This document shows positions 28,519-40,200 of a stretch of DNA of 64,000 nt, piece after piece. Location of the stretch: positions 32,001-96,000 of the forward strand of contig OZ251518.1 of NCBI GenBank assembly GCA_965242965.1, written 5' to 3'. This DNA is from Candidatus Poribacteria bacterium. Its GTDB lineage: Bacteria; Poribacteria; WGA-4E; WGA-3G. The notes below the pieces were generated by a model. It did no database searches. It saw only the letters and a program-made list of their open reading frames with translations, and was not told the DNA's origin. The number at the start of each line of letters is the position of its first letter. Position 1 is the first letter of the stretch. The position numbers and the translations under genes were made by a program.

Positions 28519-29083
28519 AGGTGCTTCATGTTCGGTAGGAGAGACCTCCTGGTCTCGATGTGCCCGTAGCGCGGGGGCCTGTCCCCCGCGATGGCTCAAG
28601 AACCGTTTTTTTTCCCGTAGCGCGGGGGCCTGTCCCCCGCGATCGTTGGAGTGCGCGGACGAGGGCGAGGGGAACCCGCTCGGATGCGCGTGTGGCATGC
28701 GAGGGCCCAAGCCCTACGGTAACGCACGCCGTTTTTTCGGACGCATCGTTTTAGGTCCTTTAGGACCTACATGTCTATAGAAATACGTGCCGGTCCCATG
28801 TCAAGGGCCTTTAGGTCCTTAATAAAAAACACGCGCGGCCCTGGCAAAACCTATTAAGGACCTAAAGGACCTTAGGATTCTTCGCGGGCGCGCGGGCTAT
28901 AGACATTAAGGTCCTACGGACCTAAGAGACGTTTTTCAAGGGGCTTTTTGCCGCAGCGGCCCCGGTAGGCGCGCCACCCTATTGCATCGAGACCAGGAGG
29001 TCTCTCCTACGGGGACATCGATTCGATTGAGACCGGTAGGCGCGCCGACTGGAAAAAATCGAGACCGGGAGGGCTCTCCTACC
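28517..29083. repeat. REP mosaic cluster with degenerate left TIR
   Basis: GAAGGTGCTTCATG followed by REP-A, B and D units and a loop-expanded unit. Confidence 0.85.
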
Positions 29084-29095
29084 AAGACGAAAAAT

Positions 29096-29872
29096 ATGAA
29101 GATACTTTTTATCGGAGACATCGTTGGGAACCCAGGTCGGAAAGCGGTTCTCGATTTCCTTGACAGACATCGCGCGCAATATGATTTCACCGTCGTCAAC
29201 GGCGAAAACGCCGCCGGTGGGAAAGGCATCACCTTTGAAATCACCGACGCGCTGTTGGCAGCCGGCGTTTCTGCCATCACCACCGGAAACCATATCTGGG
29301 ATCACAAAGCGATTTTTGATTTCATTGAGACGACACCGCAACTTATCCGGCCCGCGAACTATCCGGCGAAGGTGCCAGGCCGCGGCTGGACGCTCGTTTC
29401 GTCGGTGGATGGCGAGAGCCAACTCGGCGTGCTGAATCTCGCCGGCCAGGTCTTCATGAAGGCGTATGCAAATCCTTTTCACGCGTTGGATGCGATATTA
29501 CCGGAGATTCAGGCGGAGACAAAGTTTGTGATGCTTGATTTCCACGCCGAGGCGACTTCGGAGAAAATAGCGATGGGGTGGTATGCCGATGGCCGCGTCG
29601 GTGCAGTCGTTGGCACGCACACGCACGTCCCGACAGCCGATGCGCGCGTTTTACCGCAAGGCACCGCTTACATCACGGATGTCGGGATGACCGGGCCCTA
29701 CGATTCTGTCATCGGTGTTAAAACGGAGCCGATTCTGGAGCGGTTTCTCACGACGATGCCAGTGCGCCAGACTGTCGCTAAAGGCAACGTCAAACTCTGC
29801 GCTGTCAGCATCGAACTTAACGACGAAACGGGAATGGCAGTTAGCATTGAGCCAATGCAATGCCAATTTTAA
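29096..29872 (+). CDS. ymdB: TIGR00282/YmdB family metallophosphoesterase
   Basis: MKILFIGDIVG, NGEN, TGNH, DFHAEATSEK and GTHTHV motifs. Confidence 0.93.
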   Translation: MKILFIGDIVGNPGRKAVLDFLDRHRAQYDFTVVNGENAAGGKGITFEITDALLAAGVSAITTGNHIWDHKAIFDFIETTPQLIRPANYPAKVPGRGWTLVSSVDGESQLGVLNLAGQVFMKAYANPFHALDAILPEIQAETKFVMLDFHAEATSEKIAMGWYADGRVGAVVGTHTHVPTADARVLPQGTAYITDVGMTGPYDSVIGVKTEPILERFLTTMPVRQTVAKGNVKLCAVSIELNDETGMAVSIEPMQCQF

Positions 29873-31161
29873 CGATGCAAACAGAATTCCACATTCCTCA
29901 AACCGTCCACAGCGTTAGCGAAATAACGGCTATACTATCGCGACTTATACAGCGACAGCCACACCTCCAAAACGCGTGGGTGCAAGGACAAGTTTCCAAT
30001 TGGGTGCGTTCTGCAGCCGGACATATCTATTTCACGTTGAAAGACGCGAACAGCCAAATCAGTTGTGTCCTCTTTCAGATGAACGCCGGCCGTATCTTGT
30101 CGCTCCCACAGGATGGCGATGCGGTGCGCGTGCAGGGCAAAATCAATATCTATGCGCCGCGCGGCGAATATCAGATTAACGTCACTGCCATAGAACTGCA
30201 GGGTGTCGGCGCGATGCAAAGAGCCTTTGAGGAACTCAAACGGCAACTCGCAGCCGAAGGGGTGTTTGACCAGAGGCACAAGCAGCCGCTGCCCGCATTT
30301 CCGAATAAAATCGGTGTCGTAACATCGGCGACCGGGGCTGCTATTGAGGATATCCAGACGCAATTAGCGAGACGGTACCCGTTGGCGGAGTTGCAACTTT
30401 ATCCGACGCTTGTTCAGGGTGAACCAGCGGCAGAGCAGATTGCGCATGCAATCCGGGCTATGAATCGGCGCGATGAGAGTGATGTCCTGATTGTCGGACG
30501 CGGCGGGGGCAGCATCGAAGATCTTTGGGCATTCAACGAAGAGAGCGTGGCTCGCGCCATTTTCGCGTCGAAAATCCCTGTCGTCTCCGCTGTCGGACAT
30601 GAAACGGATTTTACTATCGCCGATTTAGCGGCAGACCACAGGGCCCCAACGCCTTCAGCCGCTGTAGAACATATTGTCCCAGACCGGGAGGAGCTCCTCG
30701 CGCAATTAGGCGGAAGGGAAGCGCAGTTGCACGGCAGCATCAAGCAGAACGTCCAGAATCTGGCAAGAAAGTTGGATGACATGGAAGCAACCCTTGCGCC
30801 GACGCACCGAATGGACGTGATAAATCAACACCATCAAACGGTGGATAATTTGGAGGCAGCGTGCCGCGCAGCGAGCGAACATCGGCGCAGCACCGCGCAA
30901 CACACTCTACATACCCTCGCGCAACGCCTGAATACGCTCAGCCCGTTAGGTACACTCAAGCGAGGTTATAGTATCAGCCGAAACGTAGATGGCGATGTCC
31001 TCACCGATACCGAGCAAGTCACGGTGGGAGAACAGATTTCGGTTCAACTTTCACAGGGAGCCCTTACCTGCAAAGTTGAGGCAAAAGTCGCATCGAGACC
31101 GGGAGGTCTCTCCTACCCGGGTGGAGCCCTTACCTGCAAAGTTGAGGCAAAAGGAGAATAG
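29860..31161 (+). CDS. xseA: Exodeoxyribonuclease VII large subunit
   Basis: GHIYFTLKD, GRGGGSIEDLWAFN, VGHETD and RAPTPS motifs; start may be 29875. Confidence 0.95.
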   Translation: MPILTMQTEFHIPQTVHSVSEITAILSRLIQRQPHLQNAWVQGQVSNWVRSAAGHIYFTLKDANSQISCVLFQMNAGRILSLPQDGDAVRVQGKINIYAPRGEYQINVTAIELQGVGAMQRAFEELKRQLAAEGVFDQRHKQPLPAFPNKIGVVTSATGAAIEDIQTQLARRYPLAELQLYPTLVQGEPAAEQIAHAIRAMNRRDESDVLIVGRGGGSIEDLWAFNEESVARAIFASKIPVVSAVGHETDFTIADLAADHRAPTPSAAVEHIVPDREELLAQLGGREAQLHGSIKQNVQNLARKLDDMEATLAPTHRMDVINQHHQTVDNLEAACRAASEHRRSTAQHTLHTLAQRLNTLSPLGTLKRGYSISRNVDGDVLTDTEQVTVGEQISVQLSQGALTCKVEAKVASRPGGLSYPGGALTCKVEAKGE

Positions 31162-31165
31162 ACAA

Positions 31166-31372
31166 ATGACATTTGAAGAAAAACTTGAACGACTCAACCA
31201 CATTGTTGAACAATTGGAAGCCGGCGATGCCTTGACGCTTGATGCATCTCTCACCCTTTTTGAAGAAGGCATCACTCTCGTCCGCGGCTGTCGGCAGCTG
31301 CTGGAAACCGCCGAACTCCGCGTGCAAAACGTGCTTGAACACGACGAGCCAGAACCCGGTGAAAATGAATAG
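31166..31372 (+). CDS. xseB: Exodeoxyribonuclease VII small subunit
   Basis: TFEE...L..IV..LE...L..SL..FEEG..L...C...L..AE pattern; GGAG RBS. Confidence 0.92.
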   Translation: MTFEEKLERLNHIVEQLEAGDALTLDASLTLFEEGITLVRGCRQLLETAELRVQNVLEHDEPEPGENE

Positions 31373-31428
31373 ACATTCAGCCGCTACGCGGCTTTATCGG
31401 TATGGACTCCTTTCTTCTTGAGGAATAA

Positions 31429-33366
31429 TTGATGTTGTTAGAGAAAATCGACACCCCAGCTGCCCTCAAAACGCTTGACACCGCGGCGTTGAAGACGCTC
31501 GCCGAGGAGATGCGCGCGTATTTGCTAACCGTGCTTTCCGAACATCCTGGGCATTTCGCTCCCAACTTCGGCACCGTCGAATTGGCGATTGCGCTGCATA
31601 CCGTCTTTGATACGCCGCATGATAAAATTGTGTGGGACATCGGCCATCAGGCGTATCCGCATAAACTGCTAACGGGCCGCCGCGATGCCTTCCCTACACT
31701 TCGCCAATTGGACGGCATCAGCGGCTTCCTCAGCCGCGCCGAAAGCGAATACGATGTGTTCGGTGCCGGGCATTCTAGCACCTCTATCGCCGCCGCACTC
31801 GGCATCGCTGCCGCCCGCGATTTAACCAACGCCAATTACAAAGTCGTCGCTGTTATCGGGGACGGAGGCTTGACTGGCGGCATGGCACTCGAAGGGTTAA
31901 ACGCTGCAGGCTCACTCGGCACACAAAAAAGTCAGACGAACCTGCTCGTTATCCTCAACGACAACCAGATGTCCATCTCCGCCACCGTCGGCGCACTCGG
32001 ACACCACCTGAAGGCGCATTTGGAAACTTCCAAGCATTTTCATACGCTGACGAGCTCACCGAACTACAACTTTCTGCGTTCCGGTGTGAAGGAACTGATG
32101 AACCACATCTCACCGGAAGCGAAAGCTCTGGCGAGTAAGGTGGAGGCTGCCTTGAAACCGGGCACGCTGTTTGAAGAACTCGGCTTCCGATACTTCGGCC
32201 CGATTGACGGGAACGATTTAGACGCGCTGATACCCGTTCTTACCGGTATCCGACAACTCTCAGGGCCGATACTGCTCCATCTCTCGACAGAGAAGGGACG
32301 CGGATATCCCCCCGCTGAAGCAGACCCGGTTGGATTTTACAGCGTCAGCGGGCCCTTTAATCTTAAAACTGGTAAAACCACACGGCAGAAATCCCGAATC
32401 CCGACGTATACCGAGGTATTCAGCCAGACGTTGACACAATTGGCACAACGCGATGCGCGTATTGTCGGCGTGACAGCGGCAATGCCCGGCGGAACGGGAC
32501 TTGATACATTCGCCGATGCATTTCCGAACCGATGCTTTGACTTGGGATTGGCAGAGCAGTGCGCTGTCACCTTCGCCGCTGGACTCGCCACTGAAGGATT
32601 GCGGCCCGTCGTCGCCATCTACTCTACCTTCCTCCAACGCGCGTATGACCAGGTGTTACACGACGTTTGTATCCAAAACCTGCCGGTTATCTTCGCTCTG
32701 GATAGAGCCGGTCTCGTCGGTGCGGATGGCCCCACACATCACGGCGTGTTCGATCTTGCCTATCTCCGTTCCATCCCGAATCTGGTGGTGATGGCCCCGA
32801 AGGACGAGAACGAATTGCAACATGCATTGAAAACGGCGTTGGAGTATCAAGACGGCCCCATCGCCTTCCGTTATCCGCGTGGCACGGGTGTCGGCGTGAA
32901 AATGGAAGAGATGCCCAAGGCTTTCCCCATCGGCAGGGGTGAACTCGTCAGAGAAGGGAATGATATCCTCATCGTCGCCGTTGGCAACCGAGTGCATCCC
33001 GCACTGGCCGCCGCGAAAACCTTGGAGGATAACGGTATTTCGGTTGCCGTTATCAATCCGCGGTTTGTCAAACCGTTGGATACCGGCCTCATCCTGCCGA
33101 TGGCGGAACGCATCGGCAAAGTCATCACCGTTGAAGATGGCGTAGTGATGGGCGGCTTCGGCAGCGCAGTGCTAGAAGCACTCTCGGATGCAGGCATGCC
33201 CGGCGTGCAGGTGAAACGTCTCGGCATTCCCGATGCATTTGTTGAGCACGGCGACACGTCCCAACTCTACGCCTTATGCGGCTGTGACGAGAACGGCATT
33301 ATCCGCGCTGTGGAAACTATGATGCAGACACCGTCACCTGCCCGGCAAATCAGGAGCCCGAGATGA
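31429..33366 (+). CDS. dxs: 1-deoxy-D-xylulose-5-phosphate synthase
   Basis: WDIGHQAYPHK, GHSSTS, GDG..TGG, NDN and DRAGLVG.DG.TH motifs. Confidence 0.96.
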   Translation: MMLLEKIDTPAALKTLDTAALKTLAEEMRAYLLTVLSEHPGHFAPNFGTVELAIALHTVFDTPHDKIVWDIGHQAYPHKLLTGRRDAFPTLRQLDGISGFLSRAESEYDVFGAGHSSTSIAAALGIAAARDLTNANYKVVAVIGDGGLTGGMALEGLNAAGSLGTQKSQTNLLVILNDNQMSISATVGALGHHLKAHLETSKHFHTLTSSPNYNFLRSGVKELMNHISPEAKALASKVEAALKPGTLFEELGFRYFGPIDGNDLDALIPVLTGIRQLSGPILLHLSTEKGRGYPPAEADPVGFYSVSGPFNLKTGKTTRQKSRIPTYTEVFSQTLTQLAQRDARIVGVTAAMPGGTGLDTFADAFPNRCFDLGLAEQCAVTFAAGLATEGLRPVVAIYSTFLQRAYDQVLHDVCIQNLPVIFALDRAGLVGADGPTHHGVFDLAYLRSIPNLVVMAPKDENELQHALKTALEYQDGPIAFRYPRGTGVGVKMEEMPKAFPIGRGELVREGNDILIVAVGNRVHPALAAAKTLEDNGISVAVINPRFVKPLDTGLILPMAERIGKVITVEDGVVMGGFGSAVLEALSDAGMPGVQVKRLGIPDAFVEHGDTSQLYALCGCDENGIIRAVETMMQTPSPARQIRSPR

Positions 33367-34229
33367 CAACAAAAATCCGCATCGATACGTTACTCGTGCA
33401 GCGCGAACTCGTCGAAAGTCGAGAACAAGCGAAACGGCTTCTCCTCGCGGGTTCCGTTCGTGTCAATGGCGAATCGCTGACGAAACCGGGACACCGCGTC
33501 TCCACCGATGCCGATGTTGTCGTGTTGCATCCACCAAAATATGTCAGCCGCGGCGGCTTCAAGTTGGAAAAGGCACTCCGCGTTTTTGACATTGACGTGC
33601 GCGCCCGGGTCGCGATTGATGTCGGTGCTTCCACGGGCGGCTTCACCGATTGCTTGCTCCAGCACGGCGCGGAGTTCGTTTACGCCATTGACGTTGGGTA
33701 TGGGCAACTCGCGTGGAAACTACGCACACATCCTCGCGTCAAACCGATAGAAAAAACGAACATCCGTGACGTAGAGCCAGAATTGTTCACGGATTGCGCC
33801 GGTAGGAGAGACATTCAAGACAAGGAGTTTTCCCCTACAGTGCTACACCTTGCGGTGATTGACGTTTCGTTTATCTCACTCAGGACGGTGCTGCCAAAGG
33901 TAGTCGCCCTCTGTCCGCAGGATATCGTCGCGCTGGTGAAACCGCAATTTGAAGCTGGACGCGCGCACGTCAAAAAAGGTGGAATTGTGCCTGATAAACA
34001 CGTGCATCTTGAGACACTCAAGAATCTGATCTCGTTTTGTGAGGCGCATCTCAATGTGTGCTTGCAAGGGTTAACCTATTCGCCAATTCACCGTGACATC
34101 GGAAATATTGAATATTTGCTGTGGCTGCAACCGGGGATTCCTCATGGCAAAACTGCATCGGTGGAAGAGGTTGTCCAGACAGCCCATCACCACTTTCAGG
34201 CAGGAAAAGCATCATGCATGACTTCATAA
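33363..34229 (+). CDS. tlyA: TlyA family rRNA methyltransferase
   Basis: S4 domain plus YVSRGG.KL, DVGASTGGFT, DVSFISL and LVKPQFE motifs. Confidence 0.95.
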   Translation: MTTKIRIDTLLVQRELVESREQAKRLLLAGSVRVNGESLTKPGHRVSTDADVVVLHPPKYVSRGGFKLEKALRVFDIDVRARVAIDVGASTGGFTDCLLQHGAEFVYAIDVGYGQLAWKLRTHPRVKPIEKTNIRDVEPELFTDCAGRRDIQDKEFSPTVLHLAVIDVSFISLRTVLPKVVALCPQDIVALVKPQFEAGRAHVKKGGIVPDKHVHLETLKNLISFCEAHLNVCLQGLTYSPIHRDIGNIEYLLWLQPGIPHGKTASVEEVVQTAHHHFQAGKASCMTS

Positions 34230-37200
34230 AACGCTTTATCAGAAGCAAAATTCTACTCAGCGCATTCGCCTTTTTCAGCATCGCACTCATCGGTGGTGCG
34301 CTCTTCATCCAGTCAGGCACAGTCATGAATTGGGTAAAACAGCGCGTTGAAGCCGAGATTCGCAAGCAGATAACTGATACCTACACCGTGAATATCGGCG
34401 AAATCACTGGGAATGTGCTGACAGGTGTCAAGGTTGATAACGTCGTTGTGTTTCCAAAGGGAGGAAACCCTTCTGACGCGGCAGTCTTGTCGCTGCGGCA
34501 GCTTACCCTCAAGTATAATTTATTCGCACTGCTTTTCCGCAAAATTGAGGTGACAGCACTTGAAATGTCCCAACCGCGTCTCTACGCCGAAGTGGATGCA
34601 GGCGGGACTTTGAACCTCACCGAACTCTTCCGGTTATCCAAAGAATCGCAGGGAGCGGCTCCTCGCGCAACAGACCAGGAAGCATCGGGTTGGACATTTG
34701 CCGTGCAACGCGTTCGCTGCTCAAAAGGCACACTCCGATTCTTGGATAGACAGCGCAACCTAGACATCGCGATTACCGGGGTTACCTTATCCGTCCAGGG
34801 CCCGCTCAACACTTGGAATCATCAAGGTGCTTTCAGTATCAGCGATGGTAGCATCGCATTCAACGACTCGGCGATGGCGATAACACGATTTGACGCTGAT
34901 TTCCTGATTGCCGCTAGCGGCGGCGAGTTGACACAGTTTCAACTCAACGTTGGAAACCACTCGGTTTTAGAAGCAACCGCTCGCTACGATGGAACGTGGC
35001 ACGCCGATATCAACGTGAAAGTAGATGCAGCGGATGTCCAAAAATTCGTGGGAGATATGCCACATATCAACGGTATAGCGTCGTTACACGTCACCGCCGA
35101 AGGCACATCTGATACTGCTTCTGGCACCCTCACTGCAACCGTGCCTTCCCTCACGATAGCCGGACTCTCTGGGCATTTCACGCCTACCGGTGGCACCTTG
35201 TCGCTCCATGATGTGGCAATAGATGTGGATTTCAACACATACCCGGTGCCCACGTTTACTCTCAATCAATTGCAGATGCACGTCGCGGAGGGGCTTTTCC
35301 AAGCCAGCGCGCGGGTGAGAGAGGATAGTTATGAAGGCACATGGCACGCGGCCGGCGTTCAACTCGCCGCTCTTCCACCGATGGAGCCTTTCAGTAATTG
35401 GGACGGAAGTCTCTCCACAACCGGCATGTTCAGTGGAAAAGGCACCGACATCATTAGCACCCTCCGCCTTGAAAGCACGTTGGAGTTAACGGATACACTG
35501 CTGAACAGCATCGCGGTTGAAGATACTAGCATCACCTGCACTGTTGCCGCATCGCCGGTAAGCGCGGTTTCAAACCGTGCCTACGGGAGAAGCAGGGAGC
35601 TCAATGTTGTGGGCACACTCGCCGAAGCCGATGTGCAACTGGGTGGATTCCTTGGAGAAGATTTACATCTCCACGCCACCTCACTTCGCATGGATAAACT
35701 GATGGACATTTTTGGCGGCGGACCGCTTGACGGACTCGGCGAGTTGATTGCGGACATTTCACCGACAGGGACGATGAAAGGACACATCGAAATCCCTGAC
35801 GCAACTTTCATGGACATCCCCCTCGGCGTATTGGCAGGCGATTTTCGGTATCAAGACGCGCAAGTGTTCGTGGAAAACGGCCTCTTGACAAAGGGTGAAA
35901 GTCGTGTTTCCATAGAAGGAACAGTTGATGTTGAAGGCGAACTCCCCGCGCGGTTTCGCATCTTCGCCAATTCGTGCCAGGTCGCGGAGTATCGGCAACT
36001 CCTCTTTGGAAACGCCGAGTATGACATATCGGGGCGCGTCACCGGCGAACTCTTCTGTGACGGTTCTCTCTCTCGTCTTGATGGCAGCGGAACGTTCGCT
36101 GTTACCGAAGGCATCGCTTGGGGTATGCGTTTAGATGAATTGACACTCCCACTGGAAATAGAGGACTATGCCATCGCTATCCCGAATTTCCAGATTTCGG
36201 CGAGAGGACAGCGCGCCGTTCTGAATTTGGAACTAGCGACTACCGGCGACTTCACGCTTGACATCCGGACTCACGCGCCTGTGCAACTCGCCGAACTGGT
36301 GCGCGCCGCTGATGTCCCTGACTTCCCGATAGACGCGAACATGGATATCGTCGTCAGAGGAACGACAAAACATGAGCCCGAAAACGGGTTACGTCAACAA
36401 ACGTCAGTGCCCACAGCCACCTCTCCGAACGCCTCGCGAACAACAAAAAAACGAACGTCAGTGCCCACAGCCACGTCGCCAAACGCCTCGCGAACAACAA
36501 AACTTGACTTCAAATTGGACATCAGGCTGGCTGACATTACCTATGAAGGCAATCCACTAACCGATGCCACCCTGCACGGCACCCTTGTCGAACGAAAAAA
36601 GACGACAGGAGAACCGGACATCTTTCAGTTTGTTGGGGAAGCGTTTGAGGGCGCGAGCCAGATCAGCGGTGAAATCAGCACTGCCACCGACAGTCCCTAT
36701 CGCTTTACCGTGCAGAGCCGCGCGATGCCCGCCACCCCTATTTTGCGATGCCTCCATCCGATGCTGGAAGTGGTAACGGGCACAGCGGATAGCACAGTTG
36801 AAATCACCGGGACATTGGCAGCTCTTTCGCCGAAGGCAACGGCGTTGTTCTCGGAAGGCGAAAAACCTGTCTATCCTTACGATGTGGATATTGCCATTGA
36901 CACAACGACTCTTCGTTATCGGGACATCCCGATAACGAATTCGGAACAGATTCGCCTGCACCTGAAAGATGATGTGTGGACGTTTGCGGATTTTCGTCTC
37001 GCAACCGAGATGGAAGCAGCTTCACCTTTTGTCTCGCTTACCGGCACCTTTTCTGCACGAGATGAAGCGATGGACATCGTGGCAAAATCGGCAGGTTTCG
37101 CGCTTGAACCTTTAGGCACCGCATTCGGATTCGCTATTGATGGCACGGCGCGTTATGAAATGTCCATGAACGGGACGGTGACTGCGCCAGAAGTTACACT

Positions 37201-40200
37201 TGAACTGATTCTTCCCGCGTTGCGCATGCAAACGGAATTCGGAGATATCCTCGCGTCCACAGCGGATACCGGCGCGAGGGTTCGGTATGAAAACAACTCG
37301 GTGCAGATTGAACCCTTCGCCTTGCAGGTTCATGGGAATAAAATAGATGTGGAGGGAAACATTTCTGTGAATCCAAAAGACATGAACGCTACTCGGCTGA
37401 ATGTCCAACTCCGCGCGCCGCAACTCGCACTCGCGAATTATGAACATCTTATCCGAAAAAGTCTCCCGCCTGAAACGTTCGCGTTGCTAACGGAATCAGT
37501 CTCCCATCCCGATACCGTAGCGCGGGAGCCTGATGGGTTTGCACCGAGACCGGGAGGACTCTCCTACGCCCGCCCCGATACCGTAGTGCGGAGGCCTGTC
37601 CCCCGAAATCCTGATTCTCCTCTCAATACCGTAGCGCGGGGGCCTGTCCCCCGAAATCCTGATTCCTTGGAATGGATAACCGGCACGCTAGACGTTTCCG
37701 TAAACATAGCGGGCAGTCTCGTTGAACCCATCATTACCGTCCAGGCCAAATCCGCCGAAAATCCTGCACGTAATTCTGGAAATCTTGGAAATCCTGCGCA
37801 AATTCGCATCGGCGCGTTCCCGAAACCGATAATTTTGGACGCTATGCAGGCAAGCGTTACCCTAAATCAAGAGACTGTGCGTATCAGCGACGTTGACGTG
37901 AACTGGCAGATAGCGGATGCCACCTATCACGCACACGGCGAGGCAAACTTCCCTAATAGGAAAGCCGTCCCGGGCTCAACAGAACTCCCTATGCTGAAAC
38001 CCCGATTTGCCTTCACTCTCGCCGCAAATCAACTAGAAGTAGCCGATTTTGCTGCTCTGTTCCTTAAACAAGCAAAACCGTCACTCCGCGGCACGCTTTC
38101 CGCAGTAGTGGAGTTGACAGGCAGCGGCATGTCGCCAGAACAAATCTCTGCAACTTGCGAGGTAACCTCCCTATCCGTTACTGCCGGTTCACTGTATTTC
38201 TCAAACCCGGACACCGTGCTTACTGTGGCATCCCGCTATGGTGCGCTGGAGGGTGCGTTCACCTTCAATCTCGCGTCACCACTGCTCGCCGGTTCGGTGA
38301 ACGTCGCCATCGGCGGCACACACACTGCACCGGAAATTGTTGCAACCGGACATGGGGCTCTCCACCATCTCAATTGGCTTGGTGCCATTGATTACCGTGA
38401 TGAACAGATTACCGTCCATCGTGTGGAACTTAGTTCACGTGAGCAGAAAAAGTTAACGCTGACTGGCAGTATCCCCTTCAATCTGGCACTGACATCCGTG
38501 CCGGTAACGGAACGGTTCCTGGATAAACCGGTGGAGGTGCATCTCCGTGGACACGAACTGCCGCTTGCGTTTTTCCCGAAAATGGACGCAGTCTTTTCAA
38601 CGTCCGAAGGTGTTGTTGATATTAACATCGGTATCGTCGGTGCAACACGCTCGCCGCAGCTCAGTGGCGGTGTTTCCGTATTGGCACCACATCTTCAATT
38701 AAAGGGTTTTCCCGAGCCGTTCCGTAATGCAACGCTGCATCTCACGGCAAGTGAGGCCGGACTTGAAAGTCATAACTTTCGTTTTGAGGTGGGTGATGGC
38801 GCGTGCATCGGGCAGCGCGCCCACGTGATGTTAGATGGATTAACGCCGAAGGGACTTACGCTCACCGGATTCCATCTCCACCAATTTCCGCTAGCAGGCA
38901 TCGCGCGGCAGGCTGTTCCATCCGATGCGCTAGGGGCGGTTCGCGGACATGTCACGGCAACTGTGTCGGAATTCCGCATCCCGCTAGATAGTTTTTTCAT
39001 TGAAGCGATGCCCGGTGTGCCTTTTCCACAACTCAGCCGAGTCCCATCGCTCACTGCACTCGCCGAAGTCGCCACGGCATCAGCTGAAATAGAAGAGGTT
39101 CGCTTCGCCTTTAACGCGGCGGTAACTGCCTCAGGCGAACCGATTCAATACGACTTGCGGAATATGGAACCCGTGCCGATAGTGCTAGCAGATGGCAGCG
39201 CGCGCCTTTTGAAGGAATTTTTGATGAAAGATTTTTCCTATTGGCGCGCAGCATTCGGACAGGGGAACGCAGCAGTGGGACAGCCGCTATTTCGCATCAA
39301 AGGCGATTTTGTTGCGCAACTGAACGATGACAAGTTGCCCTCGGAACTTCAAACGCGACTGCAGGAACGCGCGCCGATGGAAAGTTACATACTCACGAAA
39401 AGAGAAGATTTATGGCGGATTTTTGGCGGGGATACAAACGCGCCTGACTTCTGGCTTTGGCAGCGCGTGAAAGCTGATGAGCAGTCTAACGGCCGGATAC
39501 AGATTTTTGAAGAGTCCCCTGCACTCGGCGTGGACAGGGAGGCATCTTTTGGAATCAAGGCAGATTTCTCGCAGGAACTTAATGCTGAGACGGTGCCAGC
39601 AGAACTTCGCAGCCAATTGCAATCCAAAGGGCTTATTCTTCCCGAAACGCTCCACGTCTCTAAAATTGACACGCTATGGCAAGTGCATGATGAAGAAACG
39701 AAGCATCGCTGGATGCTGTCACAAGAAGGGGCAGGCACGAAAGAGCCCGTTCTCTCGGTTTTTGAGCACAGTCTCCAAGTGAGTTTGGATAAAGGGAGCA
39801 CGGTTCAAATGGCGGCATGTGATATCGCGGCGCGTGTCAAAAATCTTGATGTCGCGCCTCTGACAATGGACTGGCCCGAGGAGTATCAAGTCAAAGGGAC
39901 ACTTTCCGCGAGTCTCCAATTGGGAACTACCAACGGTGCGCCTAGGATAACGCTCCGCCGGAAGAAGCCGAGGACTCGGACGCATCTCGACGGCATCCAT
40001 CTCAACGGCGTACCGATTGAACTGAACGGGCGGCTCCGTTATACCGATGGTGCATGGGAACTGACAGAAACCAGACCTTTTCTGCTCGCCATTGAACCCG
40101 AAAATACCATCGCTGTCTTTTTTGTCTGCAAGGCACCGCCAAGCACGGAGAAGGAAACGGGTGGCGATGAAGTTGTGAAGACTTCGGTTCCTGGTCCTTT

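Noticed and set aside
31166-31429. ispA absent from the usual xseB-ispA-dxs order
   Set aside because: Ordinary gene-order variation; no remnant visible
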